Notes: generated by a model not told the origin, from the sequence alone. A DNA stretch of 64,000 nucleotides from Hyphomicrobiales bacterium (GCA_045107035.1 JBGCFS010000044.1:7622-71621), one strand, 5' to 3'; positions 49,832 to 60,078 are shown, counted from the stretch's first letter. A program made the numbers and translations.

Positions 49832-50121
49832 GTGAACAAATTAAAAATCGTCGCAAACATTCACGCGAATCCGGATCAGATTGATCTTGTCAAAGCAGAG
49901 CTTGAAAAACTAATTTCGATCACTCGCAACGAGGAAGGTTGCATTCGGTACGACCTTCTTCAGGATAATGTTGATCCGGCACACTTCGTGTTCTTTGAGA
50001 ACTGGCAATCTCGGGAGTCATGGCAAACTCATATGAATGCTCCGCATTTAGCAACTTACTTGAAACAACAGATGGAGCGGTTGCAGAATTTACAATCAAC
50101 GAATTGACACTAACGAAATAA
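49832..50121 (+). pseudogene. Putative quinol monooxygenase (ABM domain) with a 1-nt deletion near the 3' end
   Basis: GTG start; TRNEEGCIRYDLLQD, FVFFENW, HMNAPHL. Inserting one base at about 50066 (AAA^CA ACA) gives KATDGAVAEFTINELTLTK* ending at TAA 50121, a more family-like end than KQQMERLQNLQSTN. Confidence 0.7.
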
Positions 50122-50147
50122 ACCAATCCACCAAAGAGGTATTTGAA

Positions 50148-51158
50148 ATGAAAGCTGTTGCTTTGACCCACTATTTGCCAATCGAAGATCCCAACTCGTT
50201 TATCGATGTGGAGTTACCCAAACCCGAAGTTGGTGGACGTGACATTCTGGTCGCCGTAAAGGCGGTTTCTATCAACCCTGTAGATACAAAGGTTCGTAGC
50301 CCGAAGGATGCTGTTGAAAAAACACCTAGAGTTCTTGGCTGGGACGCCAGTGGTGTTGTGGAAGCAGTTGGTGCTGACGTCACATTTTTTAAGCCCGGCG
50401 ATGAAGTTTACTATGCAGGAGACACCACGCGTTCTGGCAGCAATGCTGAGTTTCAGCTGGTTGATGAACGCATCGTTGGAAACAAGCCAAAATCGCTTGG
50501 ATTTGTAGAAGCCGCAGCGCTACCACTCACAACTATAACTGCTTATGAATCCTTCTTCGACCGACTTGGCATTGACCGAGACGGCGCCAATAAAGGGCAG
50601 TCGATTCTGATCATCGGCGCTGGAGGTGGCGTTGGTTCCATAGGCATTCAACTTGCCAAAGCAGCGGGGCTGGAAATCATTGCCACGGCATCGCGCCCTG
50701 AAACATCTGATTGGGTCAAAGAGTTAGGTGCTGACCACGTTGTCAATCACCGGAAACCAATGGAGGAACAAGTGCGTGCACTCGGCTTTGAACATGTCGA
50801 CTACATCGCCATTTTCAATGATATGCGGCACTGGGAAACAGCGGTGGAATTGATCCGCCCCCAAGGTGCGATCGTTACTATCGATGACACTGACTTACCG
50901 ATGCCAATGCAACATATGAAAACCAAAGCTGCCAGCCTGCACTGGGAACTCATGTTCACACGCGCAATGTTCAAGACACCTGACATGGTCGAGCAACATA
51001 GGCTTTTAAATTACGTTGCGAATGAAATTGATGCAGGCCGCATCCGCAGCACGCTGAATGAAATATTTACCCCAATAAACGCAAGCAATATGCGTGCAGC
51101 ACACGCTCTTGTAGAAACAGGCAACGCTCGAGGTAAAGTCGTTGTTCATGGCTTTTAG
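50148..51158 (+). CDS. Zinc-binding alcohol dehydrogenase / quinone oxidoreductase family protein
   Basis: SINPVDTK, LGWDASG, GAGGGVGS, LHWELMFTR, GKVVV. Confidence 0.9.
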   Translation: MKAVALTHYLPIEDPNSFIDVELPKPEVGGRDILVAVKAVSINPVDTKVRSPKDAVEKTPRVLGWDASGVVEAVGADVTFFKPGDEVYYAGDTTRSGSNAEFQLVDERIVGNKPKSLGFVEAAALPLTTITAYESFFDRLGIDRDGANKGQSILIIGAGGGVGSIGIQLAKAAGLEIIATASRPETSDWVKELGADHVVNHRKPMEEQVRALGFEHVDYIAIFNDMRHWETAVELIRPQGAIVTIDDTDLPMPMQHMKTKAASLHWELMFTRAMFKTPDMVEQHRLLNYVANEIDAGRIRSTLNEIFTPINASNMRAAHALVETGNARGKVVVHGF

Positions 51159-51179
51159 TCGTGAATGGTAACTTTGGCT

Positions 51180-52313
51180 TTACCCGTTTAGTGCTTCTTG
51201 ATAGAGTTTCATAACGCGCTCTTCCATGACTTTTATTGAGAAGTTTTTCGACACTTGATCATGGAGGCGGGCAGTTATTGACATTTGGAAGTCAGCTGCC
51301 CTCATATCCCGCATCGCCTCAGTGATTGCATCAAGCGAAGGCGTAACCAATCCATCTGATTGATCCGCATAGATTTCTGAGATGCCGCCGACATTGGTAC
51401 AAACCATTGCAAGTTTTGCCCCCGCAGCTTCTAGAACAATATAGGGCAATGATTCTGCGCGTGAGGGAACCACAATACTCTTTGCCATCGCAAACACTTC
51501 GCGTGCTGGCGTCGCAGGATAGAACTGAACTGCCTCGGATAAACCTCGTTCCGCCACCATCTGTCGGTATCTGGCTTTATCTTCTTCAGCACCATCTCCA
51601 ACGATCCATGCCGTAGTCGGAGCTTCGTCATTGAGCGTGTTGATTGCATTGATGAAGAGGTCAACACCTTTGAGATCCCGCAACATGCCAATGAACAGAA
51701 AATCGCGTGCGTCCGGGCTTGGCACAACTGGCAGCAGCTCCTGTTCCCCAATGCCATTGTGTATGACATGCGCTTTGGTTTTTGGTTCACCGACCTTTTG
51801 AACATAGGTCTTTTGCTCATACTCGCTCACATGAGCAAGACCACTGGTCCAACGCTCTAGAAAACGTTCAATGGTAAAATATACACGTCCCTCTTTGCTT
51901 TTTGGAGAATAGTGCAGGCTACCTCCGTGCGGTGCGTAGAATACAGCCGTCTTTTTACTCAAACGGCGCAGGCCTTTTGCAAGGCGACCATACACGCCTC
52001 CCTTTGAGCCATGACAATGTAAAACATCGGGGTTTTGAGCCCTCAGCACTTTTGAAACTCTGCGCATTGCGGCAATATCGGCTGGTCCTACGGCCCGTGG
52101 CATTTCGACACGCGTAACACCCAGCGGTAGGATTTTTCTCAACCGTTCCACATAAGCATCTTCAAACGGACCACCGGTCAAACTGTCACAGATAATGCCA
52201 ACTTGATGGCCTTGACCGGCTTGTGCTGTGGCCAAATCAGCTAGATGACGGAAGATCCCGCCAATAGGTGCACGAACGAGATGAATGATTGTGTAAGAAT
52301 TGTTTGGGGACAT
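51180..52313 (-). CDS. Glycosyltransferase family 4
   Basis: GGIFRH, HCHGSKGG, HNGI, KGVD, PSRAESLPYIVLEA (EX7E), TNVGGISE. Confidence 0.9.
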   Translation of the reverse strand: MSPNNSYTIIHLVRAPIGGIFRHLADLATAQAGQGHQVGIICDSLTGGPFEDAYVERLRKILPLGVTRVEMPRAVGPADIAAMRRVSKVLRAQNPDVLHCHGSKGGVYGRLAKGLRRLSKKTAVFYAPHGGSLHYSPKSKEGRVYFTIERFLERWTSGLAHVSEYEQKTYVQKVGEPKTKAHVIHNGIGEQELLPVVPSPDARDFLFIGMLRDLKGVDLFINAINTLNDEAPTTAWIVGDGAEEDKARYRQMVAERGLSEAVQFYPATPAREVFAMAKSIVVPSRAESLPYIVLEAAGAKLAMVCTNVGGISEIYADQSDGLVTPSLDAITEAMRDMRAADFQMSITARLHDQVSKNFSIKVMEERVMKLYQEALNG

Positions 52314-52508
52314 GAGGGGCTTACGTAAATATTTCGTCTCTTCATTCTAACCTTCCACAGGTTAATAGCTTCTTCAGGTCCAATTAGACAAAACGCTTGA
52401 GCCAAAATCATTCATTGCTTTTTTGAGACTATTAGTCTTATTAACTGGCAAATTAACATTTGATCTTAGACCGCGCTGCAGATATCACTGTGGCAGGAGG
52501 ACCTTTCT

Positions 52509-55424
52509 ATGAGCATGACTGTATCCGCCCCACAAAAATTGGTTGGGGGTGTTGGAGATCGTACGATCACGACCACCGCTCCCGTTGGCGATACTATGCG
52601 ACAGACCACATGTTACATGTGTGCTTGTCGTTGCGGCATCAATGTGCACATACGCGATGGCAAGGTTCGTTACATTGAGGGCAACAAAGACCATCCGGTC
52701 AATAAGGGGGTTCTTTGTGCAAAAGGCTCCGCTGGAATCATGCAACATATGTCTCCAGCGCGGTTAAAAAAACCATTGCTGCGGACTGGACCTCGCGGTT
52801 CAAATGAATTCAAGGAAATTTCTTGGGAAGAAGCACTTGATAAAGCGGCAGAATGGCTCGAACCGCTGCGCAAAGACCCGCAAAAACTCGCTTTCTTTAC
52901 CGGCCGCGATCAATCTCAATCTCTGACAAGCTTCTTTGCGCAGAATTTTGGCACACCAAACTATGCTGCTCATGGCGGCTTTTGCTCAGTGAATATGGCC
53001 GCTGGCGGAATTTATACAATCGGCAGTGCATTTTGGGAATTTGGTTCGCCAGACTGGGACCGTACAAAACTGTTCCTCCTATTTGGTGTTGCAGAGGATC
53101 ATGACAGCAATCCGATAAAAACCGGACTGTCCAAACTGAAGCGTCGCGGTGCGCGGTTTGTTTCAATCAATCCAGTTCGCACTGGCTATTCATCTATTGC
53201 TGATAACTGGCTAGGAGTTCGCCCTGGCACAGATGGTCTCCTTATCCTGTCGTTGATCCATGAACTATTTCGCTTGCGGAAAATCGATTTGGACTATCTG
53301 AACCGTTATACGAACGCTTCCTGGCTCGTGGTGCAGGCTCCAGGGGACAAAGACAATGGTCTGATCGCGCGCGATGGCAATGGCACACCTCTGGTATTGG
53401 CAGAAGACGGCTCTGTTCAGCCTACGAAAACCAAGGGCATAACGCCGAAAATGTCTGGCTCCATCACACTGCCAGCAGACTGCACCGTAGGCGCAGGCAA
53501 AAAAGCAGTTCCAGTTTTGGAACTGATGGCTGAGAAATACATGGTTCCGGACTATGCGCCGGAAGCCGTTTCTGAACAAACTGGCATTGCTGCTGACACC
53601 ATTCGTAATTTGGCTGCTGAAATCGCTCGCGTTGCCTTTGAAGAAGAGATTACGATTGATCAGCCCTGGACTGATATGACCGGCGAACGGCATGAGAAAA
53701 TGATCGGCCGTCCGGTCTCCATGCACGCAATGCGCGGTATTTCAGCCCACTCCAATGGCTTTCAAACCACCCGTGCCTTGCACGTGTTGCAAGTCCTGAT
53801 TGGTTCTATTGATTGCCCGGGCGGTTTCCGCTCCAAACCGCCTTATCCAAAGCCTGTTGCAGCACACCCGAAACCGCACGGCAAACCAGAGCACATTAAT
53901 CCTGGAAAACCACTGGCAGGACCGCATCTTGGTTATGTGCGTGGCCCAGAAGATCTGTTGATTGATGGTGAAGGCAAACCAACACGTATCGACAAGGCCT
54001 TTTCTTGGGAAGCGCCGATGTCGGCACACGGCTTGATGCACATGGCGATTGCCAATGCGCATGCTGGCGATCCGTACAAAATTGATACTCTGTTCATGTA
54101 CATGGCCAATATGGCCTGGAACTCATCCATGAACACCAAGTCGGTCATAGATATGCTGACGGACAAGGATGACGACGGTGAATACAAGATACCGAAGATT
54201 ATCTATTCAGACGCCTATGCCAGTGAAATGGTTGCCTATGCTGATCTAATATTCCCGGATACTACATTTCTGGAACGGCACGATTGTATTTCGATACTTG
54301 ATCGACCGATTTCTGAACCTGATAGCGTTAACGATAGCATCCGCTGGCCTGTTGTGGAGCCCGATCGCGACGTGCGTGGCTTTCAATCCGCGCTCATTCA
54401 ACTAGGTGGAAAGTTAAAACTGCCAGGCTTTTCCAATGATGAAGGTGAGCCGCTATACAAGGATTATGCTGATTACATCGTCAATCATCAACGCAAGCCA
54501 GGCATTGGGCCTTTGGCAGGTTTCCGAGGCGAAAATGGCGATAAGGATGGTCGAGGTGAACCTAACCCGAACCAAATTGAACAGTACATTAAAAACGGTG
54601 CGTTCTGGTCCAAGGAACTACCAAAGGAAGCGCACTTCTATAAACACGCGAACAAAGCGTATCAGGACTTTGCGGTTGATATGGGCTTCTTCGATGCACC
54701 GCAACCTGTAACTTTCCAGCTGTATGTTGAAGAGTTGCAAAAATTCCGTCTGTGCGCGGAAGGTCTGCGTCAACCTATTGCGCCGGAACATCAGCGCGAT
54801 CGCATCAAAAACTGTTTTGATCCGCTACCAGTTTGGTATGCACCTTTTGAGGAAAATGGCGTAGACTTGAGTGCTTATCCCTATCACGCAATCACCCAAC
54901 GCCCTGCGGCCATGTATCACTCATGGGGCTCCCAGAATGCCTGGCTTCGCCAAATTCATACAAAGAACGTTCTTTATGTTCCCGGTGCGATTTGCGATTC
55001 CGAAGGCTTGGTAGATGGAGATTGGGCCAAGGTTTCCAGTTGGCATGCTTCTATACGTGTGCCCATTGCTCGCATGGAAGCGGTCAATGACAGTACCATG
55101 TGGACTTGGAACGCGATAGGGAAACGCAAGGGTGCCTGGAACCTATCAGCCGAAGCACCTGAAGCTACGAAGGGTTTCTTGCTGAACCACTTGATCCACG
55201 AACTTTTGCCACCGAAAGGCGATGGCCTGCGGTGGGCTAACAGTGACCCGATTACTGGTCAGGCGGCATGGTATGATTTGCGTGTTTCCATTACCAAAGA
55301 CCCCGATCAAACAAGTCCGGATAGCACACCTGGCTTTGAAGATATTGGGGTATCCAAGATACTTGAAACACCTGAAGGCGATCTTCGCTATGGCCAGGAA
55401 TGGACAAAGGAGACGTCCTCATGA
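52509..55424 (+). CDS. soeA: Molybdopterin sulfite:quinone oxidoreductase catalytic subunit
   Basis: No Tat signal; [4Fe-4S] motif CYMCACRC...CAKG; FTGRDQSQ, HGGFCSVNMAA, MRGISAHSNGF, SDPITGQAAWYD. Confidence 0.85.
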   Translation: MSMTVSAPQKLVGGVGDRTITTTAPVGDTMRQTTCYMCACRCGINVHIRDGKVRYIEGNKDHPVNKGVLCAKGSAGIMQHMSPARLKKPLLRTGPRGSNEFKEISWEEALDKAAEWLEPLRKDPQKLAFFTGRDQSQSLTSFFAQNFGTPNYAAHGGFCSVNMAAGGIYTIGSAFWEFGSPDWDRTKLFLLFGVAEDHDSNPIKTGLSKLKRRGARFVSINPVRTGYSSIADNWLGVRPGTDGLLILSLIHELFRLRKIDLDYLNRYTNASWLVVQAPGDKDNGLIARDGNGTPLVLAEDGSVQPTKTKGITPKMSGSITLPADCTVGAGKKAVPVLELMAEKYMVPDYAPEAVSEQTGIAADTIRNLAAEIARVAFEEEITIDQPWTDMTGERHEKMIGRPVSMHAMRGISAHSNGFQTTRALHVLQVLIGSIDCPGGFRSKPPYPKPVAAHPKPHGKPEHINPGKPLAGPHLGYVRGPEDLLIDGEGKPTRIDKAFSWEAPMSAHGLMHMAIANAHAGDPYKIDTLFMYMANMAWNSSMNTKSVIDMLTDKDDDGEYKIPKIIYSDAYASEMVAYADLIFPDTTFLERHDCISILDRPISEPDSVNDSIRWPVVEPDRDVRGFQSALIQLGGKLKLPGFSNDEGEPLYKDYADYIVNHQRKPGIGPLAGFRGENGDKDGRGEPNPNQIEQYIKNGAFWSKELPKEAHFYKHANKAYQDFAVDMGFFDAPQPVTFQLYVEELQKFRLCAEGLRQPIAPEHQRDRIKNCFDPLPVWYAPFEENGVDLSAYPYHAITQRPAAMYHSWGSQNAWLRQIHTKNVLYVPGAICDSEGLVDGDWAKVSSWHASIRVPIARMEAVNDSTMWTWNAIGKRKGAWNLSAEAPEATKGFLLNHLIHELLPPKGDGLRWANSDPITGQAAWYDLRVSITKDPDQTSPDSTPGFEDIGVSKILETPEGDLRYGQEWTKETSS

Positions 55425-56254
55425 CAACTCTTCCAACAGTAACAACTGGCAAGAAGCTTGGCTTGGTCATCGATTTGGATGTCTGCGTGGGCTGCCATGC
55501 ATGTGCGGTCATTTGTAAGGAATGGAACACCGGTGGCTACGGTTCATCTCTATCCGATCAGGACCCTTACGGCGACGACGTTTCAGGAGCATGGCTAAAT
55601 CGAATTCATACTTTTGAAGTGACACCTGGTGACATAATTCCTGGTTACGGCAAAAAACCAACTGCACCTAAACCTCGAGGCCAGGGCATTGGTGAAGTTA
55701 TTGCCGAAACTGATGAAGCCCGTGTTGTGCACTTCCCGAAGTCCTGCCTGCATTGCGATGATGCACCTTGCGTGACTGTGTGCCCGACGGGCGCCAGCTA
55801 CAAGCGCGGCGAGGACGGTATTGTACTTGTGGATGAAGACAAATGTATTGGCTGCGGTCTTTGCGCATGGTCTTGTCCTTATGGTGCGCGTGAAATGGAT
55901 GAAGCCGCTGGCGTGATGAAGAAATGCACGCTGTGTGTTGACCGGATTTACAATGAAGAATTGCCGGAAGAAGACAGACAGCCTGCGTGTGTTCGTACAT
56001 GCCCCGCCAATGCCCGTCATTTTGGCGATTTGGGGGACCCGTCCTCCGATGTATCCCAAATGGTTACTGAACGAGGTGGCATTGATTTGATGCCTGAGCA
56101 AGGGACACGACCAGTAAACAAATATTTGCCGCCACGGCCGCGCCAGGTACTGCCTGAAGCGCAAATTTCGCCAGTAGTCGCTACTAGTGCAGAAAGCACC
56201 GATGGTGCTAGCGGTTTCCTGAAATGGATCGACACCGCATTGTCGAAGATCTGA
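55421..56254 (+). CDS. soeB: 4Fe-4S subunit of the SoeABC complex
   Basis: CVGCHAC, CLHCDDAPC, CIGCGLC, CTLC...C; ATG overlaps the soeA TGA. Confidence 0.87.
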   Translation: MTTLPTVTTGKKLGLVIDLDVCVGCHACAVICKEWNTGGYGSSLSDQDPYGDDVSGAWLNRIHTFEVTPGDIIPGYGKKPTAPKPRGQGIGEVIAETDEARVVHFPKSCLHCDDAPCVTVCPTGASYKRGEDGIVLVDEDKCIGCGLCAWSCPYGAREMDEAAGVMKKCTLCVDRIYNEELPEEDRQPACVRTCPANARHFGDLGDPSSDVSQMVTERGGIDLMPEQGTRPVNKYLPPRPRQVLPEAQISPVVATSAESTDGASGFLKWIDTALSKI

Positions 56255-56268
56255 GGTAAGGTTCAGCT

Positions 56269-57183
56269 ATGCACCCCGCATTCTCTGTTATTGTATTCAC
56301 GACCCTTTCCGGCTTTGGCTATGGCCTTGCTGCGCTTTTGGGTCTGTTTCAACCTGATCCGTCGCTGCTGGCGGTTAAGTTCGGCTATATACTTTCATTT
56401 GGTTCCATAGCACTGGGTTTGCTGTCTTCGACGCTCCATTTGGGCAACCCTCAACGCGCCTGGCGTGCATTTTCGCAATGGCGTTCAAGTTGGCTTTCTC
56501 GAGAAGGTGTTCTGGCTATTATTACGTTTGTACCACTGACCATTCAGACTACTATGGTCCTGTTTCAGGATAGCAGCAGTGTTTGGATTGGCGTTGTTAT
56601 CGCCATTTTGTCTGCCATCACAGTTTACGCTACCAGCATGATTTACGCGTCTCTAAAAACCGTAAATGCGTGGCACAACTCGGTTACCAACACCTGTTAT
56701 CTGCTGTTTGCGCTTTCGAGCGGTTTTGTAGCTTTGGCCACACTGAGCGCCTTTCAAAAGACCAATACCAGCATCATCACCCTCGCTGTTGTTGCTATGA
56801 TTGCTGCTTGGATAGCCAAAACTCTATGGTATCGCCGATTGGACCATGAAAGCGGTCCATCAACGCCAGAAAGTGCAACGGGCCTGGGGCAAATTGGTAA
56901 AGTTCGACTTCTAGAACGCCCTCATATGTGTGAAAACTATCTGACGCGGGAAATGGGGTTCCGCATTGCTCGCAAACATGCCGGCAAACTGCGCATGCTG
57001 GCCTATGTATTCGGGCTATTCGTGCCGATCCTTTTACTGCTTTTGATGATGGCTACAGGAACTGCGTTCTTTGGCTTGATCGCTATGCTATGCCACTTTG
57101 CTGGCCTGCTTACTGAGCGTTGGTTGTTCTTTGCGGAAGCTAAACATGCAGTTTCTGTCTACTACGGATCAGAAAGCGCTTAA
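56269..57183 (+). CDS. soeC: DmsC/NrfD-type membrane anchor of SoeABC
   Basis: MHPAFSVIVFTT, HLGNPQRAWRAFSQWRSSWLSREG, ERWLFFAEAKH. Confidence 0.87.
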   Translation: MHPAFSVIVFTTLSGFGYGLAALLGLFQPDPSLLAVKFGYILSFGSIALGLLSSTLHLGNPQRAWRAFSQWRSSWLSREGVLAIITFVPLTIQTTMVLFQDSSSVWIGVVIAILSAITVYATSMIYASLKTVNAWHNSVTNTCYLLFALSSGFVALATLSAFQKTNTSIITLAVVAMIAAWIAKTLWYRRLDHESGPSTPESATGLGQIGKVRLLERPHMCENYLTREMGFRIARKHAGKLRMLAYVFGLFVPILLLLLMMATGTAFFGLIAMLCHFAGLLTERWLFFAEAKHAVSVYYGSESA

Positions 57184-57338
57184 CTTATCAGTTTATTACG
57201 TTGATTGACGCAGAAAAAATACTACCCAAAGAAAATATCGATTTTTTTGACGGTTGGGCTTTTACTTCTGTTTGGATGCCCTAAGTTAGGTTCCTAAGCG
57301 CGGAACAAACCGTGTGGAAGCTTTCTTTGGAGATCTCC

Positions 57339-58313
57339 ATGACACAACCAACCGTAACAATTTCTCGACGAACTGCCATATTGGGCGCAGGTGCGGCAAC
57401 ACTCGCTGCAGGAAGCGGACTGACCCTTACGGGCGCTTCAGCAATGTCCGAAATGAAAGGAGCGGCCGAGTTACCATTTGCTCGCTTCAAGTTGGGGGCA
57501 TTTGAAGTCACTACCTTGCTAGACGGCGCGGTAAACGGTTCTGAGCCGCAAAAAACCTTCGGAATGAATGTAGATGCCGACACATTTGCAGCCGCCTCGG
57601 CTAAGAACTTTATCCCTGCAGATGCGTTTCGTGCTTTCTTCACGCCAACCCTCATCAACACTGGCAAGGAACTTGTGTTGTTTGATACTGGCAGTGGATC
57701 CGGTGCGCAGCCGGCTCGCGGCAATATAGCGGCTTCGATCGAAAGTGCCGGATACACTACCGATCAAATTGATATTGTCGTGCTCACTCATATGCACCCT
57801 GATCACATTGGCGGCATGATGACGAACGGCGCTCCAACATTCCCGAAAGCGCGTTATATCACGGGCAGTGTTGAGTATAATTTCTGGTCTGGCATGGATA
57901 CGCAAGCCAACGGAGTGACCAAGCTTGTGGCGAGCGGTGTGACACCAATGGCTGACAAGATGACATTCCTTGACGATGGTGGAAGCGTTGTTTCAGGCAT
58001 TACTGCATTGAACGCCTTTGGACACACACCCGGTCATATGGCCTATCAGATTGAGAGTGATGGGCAACGGCTGATCATTGCAGCCGATGCAGCCAATCAC
58101 CATGTCTGGTCTCTAGCTAACCCAGATTGGGAAGTAAGGTTTGACGCCGATAAAGCTGCGGCGGCAGCAACCCGCCGTAGTTTGTTCGGCATGATTGCAG
58201 CAGAAAAAGTGCCATTCATTGGTTATCACATGCCGTTTCCGTCTCTTGGGTATGTTGAGGCAATGGGCGATGGTTTCCGCTACGTGCCGGCGACATATCA
58301 ACTGCGTTTATAG
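57339..58313 (+). CDS. Tat-exported MBL-fold metallo-hydrolase
   Basis: ISRRTAIL signal; LFDTG, THMHPDHIGG (HxHxDH), GHTPGH, GYHMPFP. Confidence 0.9.
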   Translation: MTQPTVTISRRTAILGAGAATLAAGSGLTLTGASAMSEMKGAAELPFARFKLGAFEVTTLLDGAVNGSEPQKTFGMNVDADTFAAASAKNFIPADAFRAFFTPTLINTGKELVLFDTGSGSGAQPARGNIAASIESAGYTTDQIDIVVLTHMHPDHIGGMMTNGAPTFPKARYITGSVEYNFWSGMDTQANGVTKLVASGVTPMADKMTFLDDGGSVVSGITALNAFGHTPGHMAYQIESDGQRLIIAADAANHHVWSLANPDWEVRFDADKAAAAATRRSLFGMIAAEKVPFIGYHMPFPSLGYVEAMGDGFRYVPATYQLRL

Positions 58314-58336
58314 CAATATCCCAACACAGTTTCGAG

Positions 58337-58366
58337 AAGGCGGGCTCTACTGGACCCGCCTTTTTT
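58337..58366 (+). terminator. Intrinsic terminator after the MBL hydrolase gene
   Basis: AAGGCGGG-N10-CCCGCCTT followed by a T run. Confidence 0.75.
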
Positions 58367-58423
58367 CTTGACTCACAACCTCCAAAAGCACGTGTCAAAA
58401 TCTACTGGAAATTTTTACATTTG

Positions 58424-58469
58424 CATATAGTTTAATATCAAACTATATAATTTGATATTAAACTATATG
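58424..58469. promoter_or_regulatory. 46-bp palindrome, probable tandem MarR operator
   Basis: CATATAGTTTAATATCAAA-CTATATAA-TTTGATATTAAACTATATG: perfect 19-bp arms, ending 9 nt before the nitroreductase ATG. Confidence 0.75.
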
Positions 58470-58478
58470 GAACAAACC

Positions 58479-59618
58479 ATGAAAAGACGTAAATTTATCG
58501 GACTGCTCGGTGGTGGCGTTGTTTTGGCTGCTGGCGCGTTTGGCGGCTATGCTATCACCCGTCTCCCAGAGCAAGCGTTGAAACCCTGGGGAAATGCCGG
58601 AACTCTCTACACGGAACCCCGAAAGAGAGCATTGTCCTATGCCATTTTGGCGCCCAACCCTCACAACCGGCAACCTTGGTTAGTCGACCTTTCGGTTGAA
58701 GATCAGATCTCACTTTATGTGGATACAGAACGACTACTGCCACACACAGATCCCTTCAATCGTCAAATCACAATAGGCCTTGGCTGTTTTTTGGAACTTT
58801 TGACCATTGCAGCTTCGCAAGATGGCTTTGAAGTTTCAATTGAGCTATTTCCTGAAGGAGGAGATGCCGCAAAACTCGATAAGCGACCAGTCGCTATTGC
58901 CACTTTTAGAAAGTCACCCGATACGAAACTGGATCCCCTATTCGCTCACGTGATGGATCGCCGTTCACTGAAAGAGCCATTTGATTTAAACCGCCCTGTA
59001 TCAAACACCACACTTGAGAGCATTGAGAAGTCGGTGAAATATGGAACATTAGTAGGCACCACCAATGCTCCAAAAAAAGTTCAGACCTTGCGCGAATTGT
59101 CCAATGCCGCCCTGCGAATCGAGATAGAAACGCCGCGGACATATAAAGAGAGCGTCGACCTCTTTCGTATCGGCAGCAAAGAAATTGACGCTAACCCAGA
59201 TGGCATCGATTTCTCTGGACCATTGTTTGAAGCCATGCATTTGTCTGGAATATTCAACCGCGAAGTTGTACTCGACACCAGCTCCAGCGCGTTTGAACAA
59301 GGGCAGGACGCCGTCCTGGCAAATACAGACACCGCGATGGCTCACATCTGGCTTGTAACGAAAAGCAACACGCGCGCCGATCAGATACAAGCAGGCAGAG
59401 ACTGGCTACGGCTGAATTTGGCCACAACCCGAGAAGGCATCGGTACACAACCCCTCAGCCAAGCGCTTCAGGAATATATAGAAATGGCCGAGCTCTATGA
59501 TAAAATTCATGCTATGTTTGCTCCGAATGGTGGAACAGTTCAGATGTTTGCAAGGCTTGGTTATGCGGCACCTGTTGCAGCAAGTCCCCGCTGGCCTTTG
59601 GAAGCAAAGCTAATCTAG
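58479..59618 (+). CDS. Acg-type nitroreductase-family protein with Tat-like signal
   Basis: MKRRKFIGLLGG; APNPHNRQPW; GCFLELL; QPLSQALQE; QMFARLGY. Confidence 0.82.
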   Translation: MKRRKFIGLLGGGVVLAAGAFGGYAITRLPEQALKPWGNAGTLYTEPRKRALSYAILAPNPHNRQPWLVDLSVEDQISLYVDTERLLPHTDPFNRQITIGLGCFLELLTIAASQDGFEVSIELFPEGGDAAKLDKRPVAIATFRKSPDTKLDPLFAHVMDRRSLKEPFDLNRPVSNTTLESIEKSVKYGTLVGTTNAPKKVQTLRELSNAALRIEIETPRTYKESVDLFRIGSKEIDANPDGIDFSGPLFEAMHLSGIFNREVVLDTSSSAFEQGQDAVLANTDTAMAHIWLVTKSNTRADQIQAGRDWLRLNLATTREGIGTQPLSQALQEYIEMAELYDKIHAMFAPNGGTVQMFARLGYAAPVAASPRWPLEAKLI

Positions 59619-59625
59619 GACCCTT

Positions 59626-60078
59626 GTGAATACTGAAGACAAAAACAAACTGACATTTCAGTTTTTCAATGAGATTGGGATCATCCAGCAATTGGCGACG
59701 ACTGCTTTTAACCGCCAGATGCCGGATGGTCTGCATGTGTCTCATTTTTCCATCCTGAACCACCTCATTCGGCTTGGTGATGGAAAGACACCGCTATCGC
59801 TATCCGATGCTTTTCAGGTGACGAAAGGAACAATGACACATACTCTGGGTACTCTCAGTAAGCGCAAATTTATCATGCTAGCACCACACCCGACGGATGG
59901 ACGGAGTAAAGTTGTATTTCTAACAAATGAAGGTCGCAATTTTCATGCAAGCGCAATCGTGAGTTTGGCCCCCTTAATGAAAATAATGGAACAAAAAATC
60001 AATCTGGAGGATTTAATTGAAATGCTTCCAAAGCTTCGGGAAATCCGAGAAGTATTGGATCAAAACCGCGACATATAG
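59626..60078 (+). CDS. MarR-family transcriptional regulator
   Basis: GTG start; SHFSILNHL, TKGTMTHTL, PHPTDGRSKVVFLTNEG. Confidence 0.9.
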   Translation: MNTEDKNKLTFQFFNEIGIIQQLATTAFNRQMPDGLHVSHFSILNHLIRLGDGKTPLSLSDAFQVTKGTMTHTLGTLSKRKFIMLAPHPTDGRSKVVFLTNEGRNFHASAIVSLAPLMKIMEQKINLEDLIEMLPKLREIREVLDQNRDI

